From Octopus vulgaris (taxonomy: Eukaryota): 64,000 bases of DNA. The stretch's first letter is position 1. Every line of letters starts with the position of its first letter. The DNA is taken from positions 17,608,001 through 17,672,000 of the forward strand of contig OX597832.1 of NCBI GenBank assembly GCA_951406725.2, written 5' to 3'. The notes under the pieces are model-generated. The model did no database searches. It saw only the letters and a program-made list of their open reading frames with translations, and was not told the DNA's origin. The position numbers and the translations under genes are program-made. Shown here piece by piece: positions 57,793 to 64,000 of the stretch.

Positions 57793-58344
57793 CACATACA
57801 CATGTATGCTTGCATGCATGTTAGCGTATATATATATATATCATTTTTTGTATGTTTAGATAAATAAATAATTTATTTATACAATTTATATCACAATTTC
57901 TGTCTAATGTATTGTCTATATGAATAAAAGAAAAGGTGAAAAACGTGTTAAACAAATGAGATTCGTCACTTGCATTCGTATGTACGAGTTACGTTATGGT
58001 TGTAACGAAAAAAAACCTCCATGTTTATATATATGCCTATATATGTACGTATGGATGAATGGATGGATGTATGGATCTATATATAGGTTTGTGAGTCTGT
58101 ATATATCTATACATGTACATATATATATTCATATATACATCTATATATATACATAAATACGGATATAGACATATATACATACATTTATATGTATATATAC
58201 ATACATATATATCATATACGTAAGCATGTATATACGCACACATACATATATGTATATATCCATCTATGTAGCTAAGTATATATATGTATATGTATATACA
58301 TACATATTTATACATGTATATATACATATATATATATATGTATA

Positions 58345-58383
<39 letters not shown>

Positions 58384-58688
58384 ATATATATATATGTAGA
58401 TATATATAGAGAGAGGGACAGACAATATAACAGTCTCCACACCTGGTCAGGACAGATACCAACGCATACATAATTATATACACATATATATCTATATGTG
58501 TACATGAATATTTAATATATATAAATACATATATATATGTGTGTACATCTATAGATATATACCTATATATATATATATATGTACAGATATAGATACATAC
58601 CAATATATATGTGTGTGTGTGAGTAGGCGTCTAAACATAGTCATATCTATATTGGTAGATAGATAGACAGATAAGTGCGCATGTATAA

Positions 58689-58753
<65 letters not shown>

Positions 58754-59230
58754 CTGGAAACATAAACAAAAGAAAATTATGCAAAAAGAGATTATAAAGT
58801 TATAGAAAATTTCTGAAGGCGTCGATGATAGAAGCAGAGTTTGGAAGTGGTAGATAGAAACACATCTTCTAAGAAAACCGAATAAATTAGAGATTATAAA
58901 AAGAGTTTGCTGTTTAATTACATCAAAATAAAAATGAATAATAAAATAAAACGGAAAATGTAGAAGAGTAATAATATCCGATTTTATCAAGGGAATACAA
59001 AAATCCTTCAAAGACGAAGAATAATTTTAAAATCTAACTACATTTAAAGAAATCAAAAAAAGTAAAATGTTTGTAAATATTCTTAAAAATCTCAGTAAAT
59101 TATGAAATATTATGAAAGGAATATTGGAACAATTGATATGGAAAATTTTAAGAGAAAAAAATTTATGAATAACTAATTTTTCCTTCGCCTTCTTCCTTTC
59201 TTCCCTGGATGAAACTTCATATATATATGT

Positions 59231-59263
<33 letters not shown>

Positions 59264-59400
59264 CGTGTGTGTGTGTGTGTGTGTGTGTGTACGCACATAC
59301 TCACACACGTATATTTATATGTATATATGTGCGTGTGTGTGTACGTATATTCGTATACCCACGCGCACACGTATGTGAAGTATAGTGAGTATCTATCTAC

Positions 59401-59455
<55 letters not shown>

Positions 59456-59489
59456 ACTATCTATTTGTCTGTCTATCTATACATATACG

Positions 59490-59546
<57 letters not shown>

Positions 59547-59651
59547 CGCGTTTGTGAGTATATATATCGTTATTTTTATATTTCTCTATGTACATACATC
59601 TTTCAACATGTATATATGTATAGCTATATAGATAGATAAATACATTGATAC

Positions 59652-59828
<177 letters not shown>

Positions 59829-59997
59829 TATATACTTCTGTTAATATTCTGTGCCAATAATATCGATAATAATAATAAAAAAAATAGAATGTAAATTTGA
59901 AGAATAAGAGCACACTTGTATTTTAATTTATCATCATGATTGTCATCATCATGCTCATCATCATCATCATCATCATCGTCATCCTCATTACTAGTAA

Positions 59998-60077
<80 letters not shown>

Positions 60078-60110
60078 CGAAGAAGAACGAGGAGGAGAAG
60101 ACGAAGGAGA

Positions 60111-60212
<102 letters not shown>

Positions 60213-60386
60213 ATGATAATAGTACGAATAATAATAATCACAACCTTACAACCAACACGTCGATAGTTTTGTTGCTATTACGGTTGTTGGTTGTTTTGTT
60301 ATTGCTGTTGGTTTGTTGTAGAATAAACTTTCGGAGAGACATTCCCTTTATTATTATTGATAATATTATCAATATAATGTAAAGTG

Positions 60387-60457
60387 ATGATAAGGAACAT
60401 AAAACCAATAGTAAGTGTAGTAGCAATAGTAGTAGCATTCGTAACTGCAGCAGCAGC

Positions 60458-60513
<56 letters not shown>

Positions 60514-60664
60514 CTGCAGCAGTAGCAGGAGCAGGAGCAGCCGTTCAAGAATATGAACCTGGAGATCTCCATTTCCAGCAACTTCAAGGGCCACCTCCCA
60601 GTGGTGTCGGGCGTCAACGAAGAACCCTGGACTACAACAAGACGACCAAAGTTTTTATTCCAAG
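60387..60664 (+). CDS. Candidate first coding exon of a secreted or membrane proprotein
   Basis: MIRNIK, a hydrophobic stretch with a (GTA)n poly-Val expansion, AGAGA, then QEYEPGDLHFQQLQGPPPSGVGRQRR-TLDYNKTTKVFIP. RQRR fits a furin site and NKT is an N-glycosylation sequon. Possible weak donor AAG|GTCTGG; unspliced frame runs to 60905. Confidence 0.45.
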
Positions 60665-60762
60665 GTCTGGGGGGTCTCCCGAGACCCTAAGTCCTAGTCT
60701 ATCACCTAATCACCCTTACTCGTCTTGTTGCTTAACATCAGCAAGTAGCAACATCAGTAGTT

Positions 60763-60846
<84 letters not shown>

Positions 60847-61086
60847 TAACTACTACATCATCTCTGCTGCAGCATCATAATAAATTTCATTTCGCATTTC
60901 CCTAGAAATGTTTCGATTAGTTTTACTTTTTCTCCGGCAGCAAAAGTCATAAATTGTATACTAAAAAAAAAAACAAAGAACAAAACAAAAACACAAAAAT
61001 AAAATTGAAATACACTTTAGCCTGTTACTTTTATTTCACCTTTCCATCCATTACCGCCACACTCATCACCATCATCACCATCATCG

Positions 61087-61170
<84 letters not shown>

Positions 61171-61210
61171 CCATCATCATCAACATCACCATCATCACCA
61201 TCATCATCAC

Positions 61211-61255
<45 letters not shown>

Positions 61256-61334
61256 TGTCATCATTAGCATTGCCATCATCATCATTAGCATTGCCATCAT
61301 CGTCATCATCATCATCATCATCATCATCATCACC

Positions 61335-61368
<34 letters not shown>

Positions 61369-62030
61369 TCATCGTCGTCATCATCATCATCGTCATCATC
61401 ATCATCCTTCATCGTTGTGCTCGTCGTGATCATCATCATTCTTGTCGTCAGCATTATCATTGCAAATGTCATCATTCCCATCATAATGACCATTACCATT
61501 CTTATCACCTTCATCATTATCGTCGTCGTCGCCATTGTCGTCCTCCTCCCCCTCATCATCATGATCATTGTTTTTCTGTCAACATATCCCGTTGAGGTTC
61601 TTTTGTCTTTTCGTAATCTTCAAACAATCACATTCGTGTAAGCAAGGTGTTTCTGAAGACATATACGCCCCCTGTATTTTTCCCCCCACAACGATTTGTA
61701 CATGCAGTCGCACACGCATACACACTTGCATACATGTATATGCATGTGTATGAAAGCATTTATGGTCAGGGCTAGCAATCGTCTTCCACAATTTTCTGTT
61801 CTCAAAAATGCCTAATATATGTATATGAATTGATTCGCTTCCCGGGGGTTTTCGTTTCCACATTGCTGAGCGAATTCTGCTCTAAGTTACCCCGTTCTCT
61901 TTTCATCAAATTCCAAGTATTTGACAATCGTGTGGCACTCGGTGATGCAATCAATCTACTTAGATTTTTAAATTATGGATGACTTAACCCTAACATCTAG
62001 AAATAAATTGAAATTAGTCATATCTTCACA

Positions 62031-62299
62031 TATGGCGTAGTGGTTAAGAGCGCGGGATACTAACCCCAAGATTCTGAGTTCGATTCCAAGCAGTGACTTG
62101 AACAATAATAATAATAAATATATCGAAAAATGCTCTAGGAATGAGAAACCAGGTTCGAAATTTCTCCAAGACACCTGATGAAGGCTGGAGGGTATATCAA
62201 CCGAAACGTTGTGTTAACAACAAACAAGATGAGGATAAATATCCGTCAAATTTAAATAATGTAAATAATGTACGTAATTTCTCATCTCTTATAGTATAG
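62031..62299 (+). mobile_element. tRNA-headed, HHR-bearing SINE-like element
   Basis: A box tggcgtagtgg, B box gagttcgattcc, short (AAT)n, second B-box-like ggttcgaaat, HHR, tail aatgtaaataatgtacgtaatttctcatctct. Confidence 0.85.
62170..62215 (+). ncRNA. Minimal type I hammerhead ribozyme motif
   Basis: gacac-CTGATGA-a-ggctg(gagggtatat)caacc-GAAAC-GTT-gtgtt. Confidence 0.65.
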
Positions 62300-62324
62300 T
62301 CATTTCTTATTTAGACAAATAATG

Positions 62325-62776
62325 TAATTTGAACTCAGAACATAAAGACGGACAAAATACCTATTTCTTTACTATCCACAAAGGGCTAAGCACAGATAGG
62401 ACAAACAAGGACAGACAAACGGATTACGTCGATTATATCGACCCCAGTGCGTAACTGGTACTTATTTAATCGACCCCGAAAGGATGAAAGGCAAAGTCGA
62501 CCTCGGCGGAATTTGAACTCAGAACGTAAAGATAGACGAAATACCTATTTCTTTATTACCCAAAAGGGGCTAAACATAGAGGGCACAAACAAGGACAGAC
62601 ATAGGTATTAAGTCGATTACATCGACTCCAGTGCGTAACTGGTACTTATTTAATCGATCCCGAAAGGATGAGAGGCAAAGTCGACCTCGGCGGAATTTGA
62701 ACTCAGAACCTAAAGAGAGACGAAATAGCGCTAAGCATTTCGCCCGGCGTGCTAACGTTTCTGCCAGCTCACCTCC
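62325..62776 (-). mobile_element. SINE family A multimer (tail2-tail2-truncated unit)
   Basis: Junctions at 62546|62545 and 62362|62361. Confidence 0.88.
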
Positions 62777-62831
62777 TTAATAAAACACCAAGTATTAATA
62801 CTAGAATACTAAAAGATACGATTAAACTAAA

Positions 62832-63245
62832 TCTATACATATAAATCTGAAGTTGTCAGTCTGAGTGTGGCAGGTTTGGTAGCCTTCAACTAACTCTATC
62901 TCCTCCGAGACCCTGCGGCGCAAGTTACCAAAACTGAAAATATGATAGAAGAAGGCTTGCTCTTCATTCTGTAGAAGAAAAAATTAAAATCGGACCATGT
63001 TAACACCAAACATTATTTACATAAATAAAGTGCTTTTTTTCTATGAAAATCCCAATTTTTTACGACTTTTTGACTGCTGTGTCACAAATTTTCGGTGTAT
63101 TTCAACCAGAAAAATGTTCACTTAAAGAGAATAACAAGCTAAAAGAACTGAAACTATGTCAAAACTTTGTTAACGCGTCACCAAAGTCTGCTGTTTTAAG
63201 CGCAACTAAAAAGCAAACCCGAGCAACGCCGCGCTATACTGCTAG
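62832..63245 (+). mobile_element. Non-autonomous Helitron
   Basis: A|TC start; 3' end aaacccgagcaacgccgcgctatactgCTAG|T shared with 10242-10627. Confidence 0.82.
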
Positions 63246-63872
63246 TATTTTATAAACATAATAATTGCAATCGTTAATAGTGAAACTCATGAAATGCTCA
63301 GTAACCGGTTAAAAATAAATAACAGAATTTCAAAGTTTACTGCAGAACATGGAGACAATGATGCGTGGAATATTTCATTGAGTGACCTGTAATTTTCAAG
63401 ATTCAATAGAGAGTAACAAGTGAAAATGGAAATCAAGAACAGGGCTTAGATCAGATATGAATGGTCTGGCATTAGGGGTAAGAATATTATAAGCTTAGCG
63501 GCAAATAATTATGTGATGAATATAACGACAGTAGAGGGATATTTTCTATGCACTGTAACAGCACAGTTGAAGAAATGAGTTCAAACTTCCTATCACTTGC
63601 AGAGTCAACAGATGAAACATCGACGTGCTCAAAAGAAACTGGCTTAAGATCGTACCAAACTGGATAAATGAATTGGTCATCATAATCTCAGATACGCCAG
63701 TCCAGTTTGACAAGAAACTCGAAGCAAACTTTCCATTCATGACCATCATACACAGGATCGAATGTCTGTGCTATGACAACCATCTTGGTTCATTCAGAAT
63801 AAATCATAGCATGACAGCAGATCGGGAATCTAACAAAGTAGAATGACGGTTAAAATATAAAGTTGGATATCG

Positions 63873-63945
63873 TATAAACAATAAATATAAACAATAAGTA
63901 TAAACAATACGTATAAACAATAAATGTAAACAATAGCTATAAATA
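63873..63945. repeat. ~13-bp minisatellite (tataaacaataaN-like)
   Basis: taaacaata recurs five times. Confidence 0.75.
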
Positions 63946-64000
63946 ATAGTAATATTAATTAGTGTATAAGACATGGTGCCTCTCATAATGTCTAAAACAA

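Noticed and set aside
63500-63846. Complex sequence with short ORFs (also 26030-26420, 27320-27900, 12610-12750)
   Set aside because: No recognisable motif or clear splice signals; may be old element debris, so left unannotated.

Overview
Eukaryotic, AT-rich DNA dense in microsatellites. From my recollection of the SINE families and the repeat landscape it is most likely an octopus (coleoid cephalopod) intron or intergenic region; this is an inference. There is no complete protein-coding gene, and almost all listed ORFs are translations of di- and trinucleotide repeats. The window is a mosaic of transposable elements: at least four tRNA-headed SINE families; 3' fragments of R4/Dong, Tx1/L1 and CR1 LINEs; Penelope GIY-YIG remnants; two non-autonomous Helitrons; and Tc1/mariner fossils and MITEs. 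One candidate first coding exon (signal peptide plus RQRR furin site) lies at about 60.4-60.7 kb. The most notable signal is a set of hammerhead ribozyme (HHR) motifs in short non-coding mobile elements. (i) A 527-bp cassette with perfect 40-bp inverted ends holds two tandem type I HHRs 181 nt apart (44392-44918). (ii) A three-copy tRNA-headed SINE carries a minimal HHR, and two copies are preceded by an inverted copy of their own 3' end, as in Penelope elements. (iii) Two further HHR-like motifs have non-canonical cores. The main SINE also forms multimers joined at the same base at four independent loci, and one of its tails matches the 3' end of the local Tx1-like LINE.
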